A DNA stretch of 64,000 nucleotides from Escherichia phage ESCO13, in sequence record NC_047770.1; one strand, written 5' to 3'. The translations under genes were made by a program, and so were the position numbers. Below, piece after piece: positions 9,885-18,859 of this stretch; the first letter of the stretch is position 1, and the number at the start of each line of letters is the position of its first letter. Below the pieces are notes generated by a model. That model made no database searches. It saw nothing but the letters and a program-made list of their open reading frames with translations, and had not been told where the DNA came from.

Positions 9885-10111
9885 TGTCGGATTATAACTG
9901 GTATGAACTTGAGGCTGTTTGTCAGTTTTATGACTCAATAGTTCTGCGTGATCCAATCTGTCAAGAATTGAGTCGCCGTGCAAGTGCATTGGCAATCCGT
10001 GTTAAAATAAACGGTTGGAACGCAGATTTGGAAAAAGAGTTGGAATTTCTCTTAGAAAACACGCGGGTCTTCCGCAAAGTGTTCCCTGAATGGTTTGAGA
10101 TGGAAGAATGA
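9884..10111 (+). CDS. hypothetical protein
   Basis: SD gaggagg; start overlaps upstream stop. Confidence 0.45.
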   Translation: MSDYNWYELEAVCQFYDSIVLRDPICQELSRRASALAIRVKINGWNADLEKELEFLLENTRVFRKVFPEWFEMEE

Positions 10112-10329
10112 TCATGTGGATTGTGCGTCTTAAATATGATGGCCCTGATCCTTGGGTGAGAACAGTTTGCGGATGTGATACTAAAGAGTCAGCAGATAAA
10201 GCTGGAAGAATGATAAGTGCCTTTTATAATAGTAAACCTCTTTGTTTAGAAATGTCTGGTGTGGTTTGTATGAGCATGTTCGAATACTACTCTTATGAAA
10301 TCAAAGAACACCAAGGGGAATGGAAATAA
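10108..10329 (+). CDS. hypothetical protein
   Basis: ATGA overlap with upstream gene. Confidence 0.4.
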   Translation: MIMWIVRLKYDGPDPWVRTVCGCDTKESADKAGRMISAFYNSKPLCLEMSGVVCMSMFEYYSYEIKEHQGEWK

Positions 10330-10391
10330 ATCGTTGACAGAAGGATTTGTCTTTGTCATAATCATCTCATCGAAACAAAGAGGAGAAAATC

Positions 10392-10946
10392 ATGAAAAAG
10401 TTTATTTGCACCCGTTCCACTAACAGTGATATCCTTGTAGGTAAAGTTATCAAAGGAGAACTCTTCCATGCAAACGGTAAGAAATATATTCTGCTGAAAG
10501 ATTCTTTCAACGGGGAATATCCACGCTGCACTTTCTTCAATTACAATACTCCATTTGCTTTAGAAGGAGATGCTTGGGACTGGGCTGAACTTCATCCTTT
10601 CTGTGAAGATGGACAGACAGAAGAGCAGGAAGAATCTACGGGAAGTTTACGTGATAAACTGCGTAATAAAGCACTGCAAGCAAATTCCCATTTTACTGAA
10701 ATGGTAGACGCCGTTCTATTAGAGATTGAAGATTGTGCGGAACAAGGGAAGTTTGAAAAATACTTTGAACCTTCCAGTTTTGGTTTGTGCAATAACCCTT
10801 CTTCTTATGAACAGATAAGTGAGCAGAAAAGAGGGGCAAATGTTGTAGCTACAATGCTACGTGCAAAAGGTTTGGATGTAACGTTGGCAACCGCAGAGCA
10901 CAGTATTTTTGGGATTATTAAACACATCATCATCAGTTGGAACTAA
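10392..10946 (+). CDS. hypothetical protein
   Basis: SD agaggag; downstream of promoter at 10334. Confidence 0.5.
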   Translation: MKKFICTRSTNSDILVGKVIKGELFHANGKKYILLKDSFNGEYPRCTFFNYNTPFALEGDAWDWAELHPFCEDGQTEEQEESTGSLRDKLRNKALQANSHFTEMVDAVLLEIEDCAEQGKFEKYFEPSSFGLCNNPSSYEQISEQKRGANVVATMLRAKGLDVTLATAEHSIFGIIKHIIISWN

Positions 10947-10959
10947 GAGGAGAGAGCAT

Positions 10960-11274
10960 ATGAAAATAGAAGAGGTAGAAGCAATCCTGCAAGCGGCTGT
11001 TGAGAAAGGTGCAATCGCTAAGTATGACCGTCAGAAAGAAGAGCACGACACTCATTTCGCTCGTGAGTTTTACATCACAGGTGTAGACGGCACAGAAGTG
11101 ATGTTGGAATGGTATGTAAACATGATGACCTTACATATTGGCAGTTTCGAGATGTGGGTGTGGAGCATAGGGATCTCCGATACCCACCCTGGCTTCCGAG
11201 TGAGTTTGGATTTCACCTCTTACGAAGGTGATCGCTGTGCCCGTATTGGTCGTCGCAATTCATTTCAAGGTTAA
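10960..11274 (+). CDS. hypothetical protein
   Basis: Start moved to ATG 10960 after SD agaggagag. Confidence 0.45.
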   Translation: MKIEEVEAILQAAVEKGAIAKYDRQKEEHDTHFAREFYITGVDGTEVMLEWYVNMMTLHIGSFEMWVWSIGISDTHPGFRVSLDFTSYEGDRCARIGRRNSFQG

Positions 11275-11285
11275 CTGGAGGGTTT

Positions 11286-11624
11286 ATGAAAAAGGCACTA
11301 CTGATCGCGCTGTTCCTGGTGACTCCTCCTGTTATGGCAGACACTGTACCTAAAGTTAATGGCTTTGGGGATTCAAAAGTTGTAACCAAGGATCGCTTTG
11401 TCCAAACTGGTATGACTGGGGCTTTGGATTATATCATTACAGACACAAAGACAGGGTGCCAGTTTGCTATCGTCTATAATGGCGGGGTCATTCCTTTGGG
11501 TTGCTTCTCGGAGACTGGGGCTTTGGATTATATCATTACAGACACAAAGACAGGGTGCCAGTTTGCTATCGTCTATAATGGCGGGGTCATTCCTTTGGGT
11601 TGCTTCTCGGAGTTCAAAAAATGA
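11286..11624 (+). CDS. secreted protein with perfect 33-aa tandem repeat
   Basis: Signal peptide MKKALLIALFLVTPPVMA; unit TGALDYIITDTKTGCQFAIVYNGGVIPLGCFSE occurs twice. Confidence 0.5.
   Translation: MKKALLIALFLVTPPVMADTVPKVNGFGDSKVVTKDRFVQTGMTGALDYIITDTKTGCQFAIVYNGGVIPLGCFSETGALDYIITDTKTGCQFAIVYNGGVIPLGCFSEFKK
11415..11612 (+). repeat. perfect 99-bp direct tandem duplication (2 copies) inside CDS
   Basis: Identical run actggggctttggattatatcattacagacacaaagacagggtgccag... repeated back to back. Confidence 0.7.
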
Positions 11625-12028
11625 AAAATATCCGTGTGAAGTTTCTTGCCTCTAAGTTTATTAATGTTCGAGACTATTTGACCATAGGTCGGATCTACAA
11701 CGCCAAAGTAGCAGATGAGAACTGTTTCATTGTTGTGGATGATGAAGGATCTGAACTCTATTGTCTGTTTGAAAATTGCAGCTATGGGGTGTGGCAAGTT
11801 ATGTCGGAAGAAGACGAAAAGAAAGAGAGCGAAATGTATATCCCAGAAGGATACGTCTTGGTCCCGAAAGAGCCTACCCCAGAAATGTTGGAGGCAGCGA
11901 AGGACTGGACGGGGCTAACCCGAACAGCAGAAGTTGTCTATAAGTCGATGATCGCGGCTTCGCCGCTTATTGGAAAAGGGGTAGGGAAAGAAAATGAGAT
12001 CAAGCGAAGCTTTACTGGAGTTTTATGA
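11621..12028 (+). CDS. hypothetical protein
   Basis: Start moved to ATG 11621 (ATGA overlap, SD ggag). Confidence 0.45.
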   Translation: MKNIRVKFLASKFINVRDYLTIGRIYNAKVADENCFIVVDDEGSELYCLFENCSYGVWQVMSEEDEKKESEMYIPEGYVLVPKEPTPEMLEAAKDWTGLTRTAEVVYKSMIAASPLIGKGVGKENEIKRSFTGVL

Positions 12029-12320
12029 GTGGTGGTTGGATCAGGCTATGGGTCAAGATCCAAACGAAAACATCAAAGCTTGTGGTTTGTGTCATGCAGT
12101 GGAAGTGTATTGCGGGGAAGACCAAGATTTGTATCTTTCCCTTTTTGATGAAATGACAGAACAGTTTGAAGCGGAAGGTTTGGAATGGAACTATCCTTTC
12201 TATGGTGAGTGGGATCTGTCAGGTTGGATTCCTTGTTATTGGATTGAGAAGAAGTCCGGCACCCAACATAAAAACTTCCACCGTCTTTCTTGGGTCTATG
12301 ACCGTCTGGAGGAGGCATGA
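11994..12320 (+). CDS. hypothetical protein, paralog family A (copy 5)
   Basis: Motifs FYEWW..GLCHAV..EGLEWNYPFY..WVYDRL. Confidence 0.55.
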   Translation: MRSSEALLEFYEWWLDQAMGQDPNENIKACGLCHAVEVYCGEDQDLYLSLFDEMTEQFEAEGLEWNYPFYGEWDLSGWIPCYWIEKKSGTQHKNFHRLSWVYDRLEEA

Positions 12321-12523
12321 GTTTTCACGCTTTCTTTAATCTTTTGTTATTATTGATCTTTTTGGGATTCCTGATTCTCCTTGCCAGTGTTGCATCAGAT
12401 ATGCAAAAAGAACAGATAGATCTTAAGGAACAATGTATCGTTTTTAAACAAGAAAAAGATGCCAATAAATTTCTTGACAACAATTGCTTCAACTTTGTAA
12501 AATGGAACCCTGATAAAGATTGA
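12317..12523 (+). CDS. small membrane protein, family C
   Basis: Hydrophobic N-terminus; KEQCIVFKQEKDANKFLD matches 6643-6843. Confidence 0.5.
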   Translation: MSFHAFFNLLLLLIFLGFLILLASVASDMQKEQIDLKEQCIVFKQEKDANKFLDNNCFNFVKWNPDKD

Positions 12524-12533
12524 GGAATAAATC

Positions 12534-13205
12534 ATGAAAAAGTTTGTTGTTTACAGTCGTCTTTCTAAACAGAAAAAAGGTGAGGCACAATATGGTATGG
12601 AGAGCCAAGAGAATGATATCCGTTACTTCTTAGACTCTGTGCCTGATGCTGAAGTTATTGGTCAATTTTCTGAATACTATTCGGGTAAGGGCGATTGGAA
12701 GCAACGTAAGGAACTGGTCAAAGCGGTTGAAATGTGTAAAGCTACCGGAGCAACTTTATTGGTAGCTAAAGTTGACCGCTTGGGTCGTAACAACGCCTCC
12801 GTAGCAACTCTTCTAGAAATGATCGATGTTAAGATAGCCATCATGCCAGATGCAGATAAAATGGTTATACAGCTTCTGTCTGTTCTGGCTGAACAAGAAG
12901 TCAGAGGTATTGCTGATCGTATTAAAAAGGGTCTTGCTGTAGCAAAAAGCAAAGGTGTTTTATTAGGCAGTGCTAATCCTAAAACTGCCGCTGCACGTAG
13001 AAAAGGAAAAATGGAATACAATTCTGTTAAAGCAGACGCTTTTGCAGAGACATTCCGTGAACGCTTGGAGATCCTTAGAGATTTAAATACACCTTACAAA
13101 ACTATTGCTGAAAAATTCAATAGTAAGAAAATCGCAACAGCACGTGGTGGTAAGTGGGATGCTAAAACTGTTTCTCGCTTGTGTGCTAGATTGAACATTA
13201 AATAG
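12534..13205 (+). CDS. serine recombinase (resolvase/invertase family)
   Basis: N-terminal YSRLS with catalytic Ser; VDRLGRN; QLLSVLAEQEVRGIADRIKKG; C-terminal HTH; SD gaggaataaatc. Confidence 0.7.
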   Translation: MKKFVVYSRLSKQKKGEAQYGMESQENDIRYFLDSVPDAEVIGQFSEYYSGKGDWKQRKELVKAVEMCKATGATLLVAKVDRLGRNNASVATLLEMIDVKIAIMPDADKMVIQLLSVLAEQEVRGIADRIKKGLAVAKSKGVLLGSANPKTAAARRKGKMEYNSVKADAFAETFRERLEILRDLNTPYKTIAEKFNSKKIATARGGKWDAKTVSRLCARLNIK

Positions 13206-13213
13206 GAGAGGAT

Positions 13214-13624
13214 ATGAAACAAGAAAATGAATCTGTAGATCACTTAATCATGCTGTCAGCCCTTTTTGCCGGATGGGAGGTATTTTTTGAAAATTTGTTC
13301 AATTCTGCTACAGATGGTTCTGATTTTATGCGCCAATTTAAACGACGAACTGTTGAGGACTATACTTTCTATTCAGGTCGGATTGAAAAAGGTTACGAAG
13401 ATACAAATACAACACTCACCATTAAAGTTTTAGATGTGATGTTTAGTGTTATAGATGCTATCGATGAAAGTCTTCCGATTTTAGAAGATTGCAATACGAA
13501 AGCTTATGTTTACAAAATAGCCCGTGCTTATGTGTCTGCAAACAGTTGTCTTCTTTCCACCCAAATTGCGGTGAACAATCTTGCCAACTTGTTCGATGAA
13601 GGAGAAACTTTTTATGACAATTGA
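13214..13624 (+). CDS. hypothetical protein
   Basis: SD ggagagg upstream. Confidence 0.45.
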   Translation: MKQENESVDHLIMLSALFAGWEVFFENLFNSATDGSDFMRQFKRRTVEDYTFYSGRIEKGYEDTNTTLTIKVLDVMFSVIDAIDESLPILEDCNTKAYVYKIARAYVSANSCLLSTQIAVNNLANLFDEGETFYDN

Positions 13625-13979
13625 TTTGAAGTGTAAGAGGATTCTTTTAGATTTCTATAATAATTGGTTAGAACACCTCCGTCTCTTTCCACGAGAAAGT
13701 GGTTACGCTGATGTTGGCTTATGCCGAGGTCTACGTATGTATATAAGTGATGAATTTCGAGCCGATCATTCTTTAGCATATTCTGTTTATGGTATGCAAT
13801 TAGCCAGTTTTGAAAATGCTGGTTTAGATACAACTTTCCCGTTTAACACAGCAAAATCTTTTGAGCAAGAGTGTAAGGAAAAACGTTGCATGTTTAATGA
13901 AAAACGTGTACAGTGGGTTAAGGATCGAGTTAAACAACTGGAACAAGAGTTGGATTTCTTCTATGATGAGGCAGAATAA
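13614..13979 (+). CDS. hypothetical protein, paralog family A (copy 6)
   Basis: Start moved to ATG 13614 after SD ggagaaa; motifs FYNNW..GLCRGL..AGLDTTFPFN..WVKDRV. Confidence 0.55.
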   Translation: MTIDLKCKRILLDFYNNWLEHLRLFPRESGYADVGLCRGLRMYISDEFRADHSLAYSVYGMQLASFENAGLDTTFPFNTAKSFEQECKEKRCMFNEKRVQWVKDRVKQLEQELDFFYDEAE

Positions 13980-14251
13980 TGGATAGACAAACCTTAAAAA
14001 CAATGGCAGATGCCACTAATTCCCCGTACTTTGAAAAAGTAAGTAAATTGGTAGCTCAAGCCGCAGAGGAAGGATATTATAACATAAACATCCACAACCC
14101 AAGTCTTATACTAGAAATGCCAAGTGATAAGAAGATACAAGAGAGTATCTGTGAAGGTATTGTTAGTTACTGGCGCGAGCGTGGGTGTGGTGCAAACATG
14201 GCTTTAGACAGTGCAAACATTGTAAGATATATAAATATTTCTTGGGGGTGA
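13979..14251 (+). CDS. hypothetical protein
   Basis: TAATG overlap with upstream gene. Confidence 0.45.
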   Translation: MDRQTLKTMADATNSPYFEKVSKLVAQAAEEGYYNINIHNPSLILEMPSDKKIQESICEGIVSYWRERGCGANMALDSANIVRYINISWG

Positions 14252-14255
14252 TTTT

Positions 14256-14867
14256 ATGATTCAATGCACTCATATCCAAATTACTTGGAGAGATGAACTT
14301 TACCATTTGGGACAATTTACTGTAGGGGAAACATACCCTGTCATTAAACATAATCCTAACATCGCAAACTTTGACAGGATGGTTCTTGTTGAGGACGATC
14401 TAGGTCAAACTTATTCTTTAGATCTAAAATATCCGTTTTCTTACGGCTACGATTGGATCGTTACTTTTGAAGACGTGGAGGAAAATAAAACAATGAACGA
14501 AAAAAATTCTTGGTATTATCGTTGTGAACTGCCGCCAGTAGGTGAAAAGGTTATCTTTGTTCCTGATTTGGAAAGATATTCTTGGGACAGTTCTTATTCT
14601 GTTCCTAAAGAAGGAACAGAAGTTGAAGTTATTGCACATCGCACAACTTCGCATGGTAACGATGTAGCAGTTGTTTTCTGGGATGATGAAGGCGCTGCTT
14701 GTGCAGGTGGCTTTGTTGCAGGTAATTTTGAACCCCTGCCAGATCCTTTGAAGGAGGCAATTTTAGGCGTAGCTTCTTTTGGACTCTCTTACACGTCTGC
14801 ACAGGAGATCGTAGAAGGTATTTTAAACGGTACCGTTCCAAACGAAATTTTCAAACAGATTAAATAA
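14256..14867 (+). CDS. hypothetical protein
   Basis: SD gggggtg; followed by terminator hairpin. Confidence 0.5.
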   Translation: MIQCTHIQITWRDELYHLGQFTVGETYPVIKHNPNIANFDRMVLVEDDLGQTYSLDLKYPFSYGYDWIVTFEDVEENKTMNEKNSWYYRCELPPVGEKVIFVPDLERYSWDSSYSVPKEGTEVEVIAHRTTSHGNDVAVVFWDDEGAACAGGFVAGNFEPLPDPLKEAILGVASFGLSYTSAQEIVEGILNGTVPNEIFKQIK

Positions 14868-14873
14868 CAGTTG

Positions 14874-14900
14874 CACCCCGTTCTTCGGGGTGTTATTGTA
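14874..14900 (+). terminator. intrinsic terminator hairpin
   Basis: caccccg-ttctt-cggggtg followed by ttattgt. Confidence 0.5.
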
Positions 14901-14918
14901 TACGTAAAGGAGGAGATA

Positions 14919-15257
14919 ATGTATTACACTGAAGACTACATACTGTATAACTTTTTTAAAGGCTGGTTGAAATGGGCTGAACAAGCTCCTGTCGGAGATT
15001 GTGTTTTTCCTTGGGATTCTCGTCAAGGTTTGTGTCGTTGTTTGGAAGATTGGCTTATAACCACAAACTACAACTCAGAAACTAAGAAATCTACATCACA
15101 GAGACTAAAAATGTTATTTGAAGAAGATGGTTTAGATCCGATTTATCCTTTCGGTGAGGAAAGTTTCCACAATGGTCTTTTCCTTGGCACTCAACATTAT
15201 GATAAAGATCGTGTAGATTGGGTAAAAGAAAAGGTAGCACAGTATGAATGGGGTTAA
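14919..15257 (+). CDS. hypothetical protein, paralog family A (copy 7)
   Basis: Start moved to ATG 14919 after SD aaaggaggag (track start would span the terminator); motifs FFKGW..GLCRCL..DGLDPIYPFG..WVKEKV. Confidence 0.55.
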   Translation: MYYTEDYILYNFFKGWLKWAEQAPVGDCVFPWDSRQGLCRCLEDWLITTNYNSETKKSTSQRLKMLFEEDGLDPIYPFGEESFHNGLFLGTQHYDKDRVDWVKEKVAQYEWG

Positions 15258-15447
15258 GAATTATCACCGCTGGTTAGAAAGCTATCTTAAGAAATGCGAA
15301 CTTGGTGTTCCAGGTTATACTTACGACACGGACGAGATTCTTGATGAAATGGAAGTTTGGTTTAAAGAGCCTCGTGAACTATTGGCAAATATTCTAATGG
15401 CTTGGGATGGTACGGCACAAAGCATCGAAGGAGGTAGAAATGAGTAA
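15244..15447 (+). CDS. hypothetical protein
   Basis: ORF overlapping upstream stop. Confidence 0.4.
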   Translation: MNGVKNYHRWLESYLKKCELGVPGYTYDTDEILDEMEVWFKEPRELLANILMAWDGTAQSIEGGRNE

Positions 15448-15574
15448 GAAATTGTTTAATATTCGTGAGAATCGTGATGGATCGTTCTCTGTAGTCAATG
15501 AATTTAACGTTTCGGTTGGGACTTTTATTACTAAACGTCAAGCAGAACAAGTAAGAGATACTTTAAACAAGTAA
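15440..15574 (+). CDS. small hypothetical protein (44 aa, not in track)
   Basis: ATG 7 nt after SD gaaggaggt. Confidence 0.3.
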   Translation: MSKKLFNIRENRDGSFSVVNEFNVSVGTFITKRQAEQVRDTLNK

Positions 15575-15591
15575 GTTTTAAGGGGGGACTT

Positions 15592-16011
15592 ATGTTAGGT
15601 AAGATCAAAGCTTTTTTCAAACGTGTTATTGAAGGAAGTCCAACAGAAGGTGCATTAGGAAGATCCCTAACAGGAGAACCACTTGCCATAATTTCTATCA
15701 GTCGGCATGGTGGATATTCCATTCGACAAACACCTTTAGGTATAAAAGGTAGTATGCTTTCTTGGACAATATCTCAAGTTGGTGATAACAGGCTTGCAGC
15801 TATAGCATTGCTTCGTGGGGAGTATGACTATTGTTTATCAGCATCTTGTAAAAAGCACCTTATAGAGCACATTAGAGACAGAGTAGAAAGAGAAGGCGGA
15901 TACTTCTTCGAAACTAAGAGAAACGAACAAGGGACTCTTGACTTCACTAAGGTTTACTGGGACAATCATACTCGTCAAACTGTTGAACAACTTCTGGAGG
16001 AAAGATGTTAA
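15592..16011 (+). CDS. hypothetical protein
   Basis: SD aagggggg upstream. Confidence 0.5.
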   Translation: MLGKIKAFFKRVIEGSPTEGALGRSLTGEPLAIISISRHGGYSIRQTPLGIKGSMLSWTISQVGDNRLAAIALLRGEYDYCLSASCKKHLIEHIRDRVEREGGYFFETKRNEQGTLDFTKVYWDNHTRQTVEQLLEERC

Positions 16012-16214
16012 AAGCTTTTGCTATATACTCTACTGTAGGATTCTTTTATTGGATTATAGTTATTGTTGGATGTTGGTTAGGTTCTTGTGTTGTGATGGGA
16101 GAATGGTTAACATACAATGTATTTGAATGGGATGTAGTTTGTAGATCATTACTTGTTATATGGACTGTTATTGTTTGTTGGATAACTGTTAGTCTAACAT
16201 TGGATCTATACTGA
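16005..16214 (+). CDS. small membrane protein (2 predicted TM helices)
   Basis: SD ggaggaaag; hydrophobic Trp/Cys-rich sequence. Confidence 0.45.
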   Translation: MLKAFAIYSTVGFFYWIIVIVGCWLGSCVVMGEWLTYNVFEWDVVCRSLLVIWTVIVCWITVSLTLDLY

Positions 16215-16371
16215 TTAATAGATGGTAGATAGATGATCATAGTTTATCTACCTTCACTTACGTTTCATACCTCACTATCGTGAGTAACATGAAACATTAT
16301 TATATAGAAATCTACTACTCGCTATCGCTCGTAAACATATGTTTAGGGTACCATATTTTTTTGAAAAAGTC

Positions 16372-16470
16372 AATGCTGATTCACCTATCAATCATCTGTT
16401 TAAGATAAGTCTTACCTATCAATCTAAGTCTTAACTAGTATTGCACCTATAGTAAGACTATTCCTATAGT
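16372..16470. repeat. intergenic repeated motifs (cctatcaatc x2, cctatag x2)
   Basis: Direct repeats in the 360-bp gap before promoter at 16508. Confidence 0.4.
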
Positions 16471-16507
16471 TATTAACCCTCTTCTTCTGTAGAATGTAAT
16501 TAGATCC

Positions 16508-16536
16508 TTGACAAACTCACAAAGCTTGTGTTACAT
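16508..16536 (+). promoter_or_regulatory. sigma70-like promoter
   Basis: TTGACA-17-TTACAT. Confidence 0.45.
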
Positions 16537-16574
16537 TGTGTCTCACAGGTGAATAATACCGAACAGGAGGAAGA

Positions 16575-16790
16575 ATGAGTTCCAATTTTCTATACAAAGC
16601 AAAAGATTCACGAGATGGAGAGAACCATTGGTGGTTGATCACAGGAGATGGTGTTATCATCCTACCGTGGGACGGAGAGACAAAAGTTCAAATACTAGAG
16701 AAAGTAAAAGGTGTTAGTTTTAATGTTAGTCATGACATAACAACTTTCAAAGCTTTTGCTATGAATCCTAGTCTTGTTGCTGAATGGTAA
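16575..16790 (+). CDS. hypothetical protein
   Basis: SD caggagg upstream. Confidence 0.45.
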   Translation: MSSNFLYKAKDSRDGENHWWLITGDGVIILPWDGETKVQILEKVKGVSFNVSHDITTFKAFAMNPSLVAEW

Positions 16791-16803
16791 TCCAGGAGAA
16801 AAT

Positions 16804-17022
16804 ATGACTAAAATGTATGCAGCCGTTGATAAGCTGGATGGGTCTGATTCTGTTTTTATTTTGAATAAAATGGGTGTCTTAGTTTATGCCCGAACTTCTC
16901 AAAACATAGAACACCAAGTGGAAGCAGCACAAATTTTAGAGCAAATAACCCCTCCATACCTATACTCAAATGTTGAGCGTTTTAACGATGCACTTGGTTT
17001 GACGTTAATAGCGGAATGGTAG
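16804..17022 (+). CDS. hypothetical protein
   Basis: Start moved to ATG 16804 after SD ccaggagaa. Confidence 0.45.
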   Translation: MTKMYAAVDKLDGSDSVFILNKMGVLVYARTSQNIEHQVEAAQILEQITPPYLYSNVERFNDALGLTLIAEW

Positions 17023-17222
17023 TAATGGCGAAAATGTTGGAAATTGATAATGTCGTAACAATCACTACGTCCATACCTTGTCCTCCTATGCCTTGCCCCT
17101 ATTGTGGTGGTGCAGGATATGTTATGGCGGACGTAGGTCAAATTTACGAGTGCAACCCGTGCAAAACCACAGGTTATATCCAAATAGAATCAGAGGAGAA
17201 ACACTATGAGCCAAAACGCTAA
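17016..17222 (+). CDS. hypothetical Cys-rich (zinc-ribbon-like) protein
   Basis: CPPMPCPYCGG...CNPCK. Confidence 0.4.
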   Translation: MVVMAKMLEIDNVVTITTSIPCPPMPCPYCGGAGYVMADVGQIYECNPCKTTGYIQIESEEKHYEPKR

Positions 17223-17655
17223 AGAAAAAGAAGTAATCACGGTAATCCGTCAGATGGAAGGTGCCGAAAACAATGCTTTTGTTACTAAGATTCTTCTTAA
17301 TATCTTTGAAGATGTTATTTTAAACAACCCTGGTCATAAAGATTATCAGTATGATGTTATGATGGGTGCTTTGCTTGAGATTAACAAAAACACTTTTGCT
17401 GAATATGAGCAACACATGCTTTTACCAGAGGAAGATCAGGATTATTTGTTATCTGGTGCTTTAAGTGCACAAGAAAATTTCTACCACGTTCTTAATATGG
17501 CTTATGCAGATGAACTTGCTGTTTCCCTTGAAGAGCGTATTCAAATGGTTCGTGATGTGATGAATGAACAAATCCAAGAAGTTGAAGACTTGGTAGCAGA
17601 ACCTTTAGCAGAAATTCGTGCAGCTATTGAAAAACAAAAAGGAACTCAATCATGA
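17206..17655 (+). CDS. hypothetical protein
   Basis: SD agaggag upstream. Confidence 0.5.
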   Translation: MSQNAKEKEVITVIRQMEGAENNAFVTKILLNIFEDVILNNPGHKDYQYDVMMGALLEINKNTFAEYEQHMLLPEEDQDYLLSGALSAQENFYHVLNMAYADELAVSLEERIQMVRDVMNEQIQEVEDLVAEPLAEIRAAIEKQKGTQS

Positions 17656-17819
17656 TGCAAGTAGGTGATGTGGTTTGCCTTAAAGGTGCAAACAAACAAA
17701 TGACAGTAATAGAAAGTTATGGTGAATCTTGTAAAGTAACTTGGTTCGATGAAAACGGGGAATTGCAACACGCCATATTCGATCAAAAAGCTTTGAGGAA
17801 GGTTGAAGAAAAAGAATGA
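17652..17819 (+). CDS. small hypothetical protein (55 aa, not in track)
   Basis: ATGA overlaps on both sides; fills gap. Confidence 0.3.
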   Translation: MMQVGDVVCLKGANKQMTVIESYGESCKVTWFDENGELQHAIFDQKALRKVEEKE

Positions 17820-18079
17820 GCCATCCGTCAATATTTTTCTGTTTTGTAGATCTTGAAAACGAGTCTTTAATCGTTGATAGTGAGGGTTACTTCACTTATT
17901 GGGAATCCGAGCACGAAACTATAAGTGTAGTGAAAGAAATTATGCAAACCAATCCAAGCCTACCAGCGCATAAGTACGGTATTGCAAAAGTGTTTGTTAC
18001 TAAAACAGAGTACACAAAAGAGCGAAGCACTTTGTACCATAATATTGAAGTGATTCACTATTTCAAAGATGTTATTTAG
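17816..18079 (+). CDS. hypothetical protein
   Basis: ATGA overlap start. Confidence 0.45.
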   Translation: MSHPSIFFCFVDLENESLIVDSEGYFTYWESEHETISVVKEIMQTNPSLPAHKYGIAKVFVTKTEYTKERSTLYHNIEVIHYFKDVI

Positions 18080-18087
18080 GAGGTTAT

Positions 18088-18696
18088 ATGGAAGAGAAGA
18101 TTTGGGATGGTAAAGATCCTTTAGAAGTTGGACACGTAGCGCGTGTCAAAAAATCTACTACAGGTCCTGGTTTTTCTGGTTTGTATCATATACCAGAAGA
18201 AGGTCAGCACGTTACAATTTTGGCTCGTGACAAACAAAACGGAGCAACGCCTGTGTGGATTGTTCGTTGGTATGACAAAGATCTTAACATTTGCTTGTCA
18301 CCTATTATGGCTCATTTGCTGGAAGCCCCTTGCTCTGAAGAAGCTCTAATTTTTGTTTCGGCTTTTCAGAAAGCCACAGGTTTAACATTAGATGCAAAAG
18401 ATGTGCAAAAAGCATTTGACATTATTCAGGAAGACAACGATACTACATCTAACGACGAACTGGTTGAAGTTACAATCTTATCTTCAGCAGATATCCGAGA
18501 GATTGATAATTGTGATTTTCCAATCACATTTAAAATGTCGCAGAAAGACATGCAGTCATCTGGAAGTTGTTTTGGTATACCTCGTTGGTTTTTTGATTCT
18601 ATCAAAAATTCTACTACAGAGGGATCAGACTATGATCAAGATGACGTGCTTTGGTTCTTAAAAAACCGAGAGATTGTTCTCTCACCACTTAAATAA
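18088..18696 (+). CDS. hypothetical protein
   Basis: SD aggaggt upstream. Confidence 0.5.
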   Translation: MEEKIWDGKDPLEVGHVARVKKSTTGPGFSGLYHIPEEGQHVTILARDKQNGATPVWIVRWYDKDLNICLSPIMAHLLEAPCSEEALIFVSAFQKATGLTLDAKDVQKAFDIIQEDNDTTSNDELVEVTILSSADIREIDNCDFPITFKMSQKDMQSSGSCFGIPRWFFDSIKNSTTEGSDYDQDDVLWFLKNREIVLSPLK

Positions 18697-18705
18697 GGAG
18701 AAATA

Positions 18706-18807
18706 ATGGTTTCATTTATCGTAGGTGTAGTTGTAGGCTATCTTATTAACAAATATCAAGACGTTATCACGGCAAAAGTAAAAGACATTTTAGACTCATC
18801 TAAATAA
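18706..18807 (+). CDS. small membrane peptide (33 aa, not in track)
   Basis: ATG after SD taaggag; hydrophobic core. Confidence 0.3.
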   Translation: MVSFIVGVVVGYLINKYQDVITAKVKDILDSSK

Positions 18808-18859
18808 TCTATCAAAGCTGCATCTTCAATAGGTGCAGCCTTTTAAAAGGAGATATGGC

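Noticed and set aside
12534-13205. Serine recombinase as evidence of a temperate lifestyle or prophage boundary
   Set aside because: It is a small resolvase/invertase type, not a large integrase, and there are no att-like repeats, repressor or host genes nearby.
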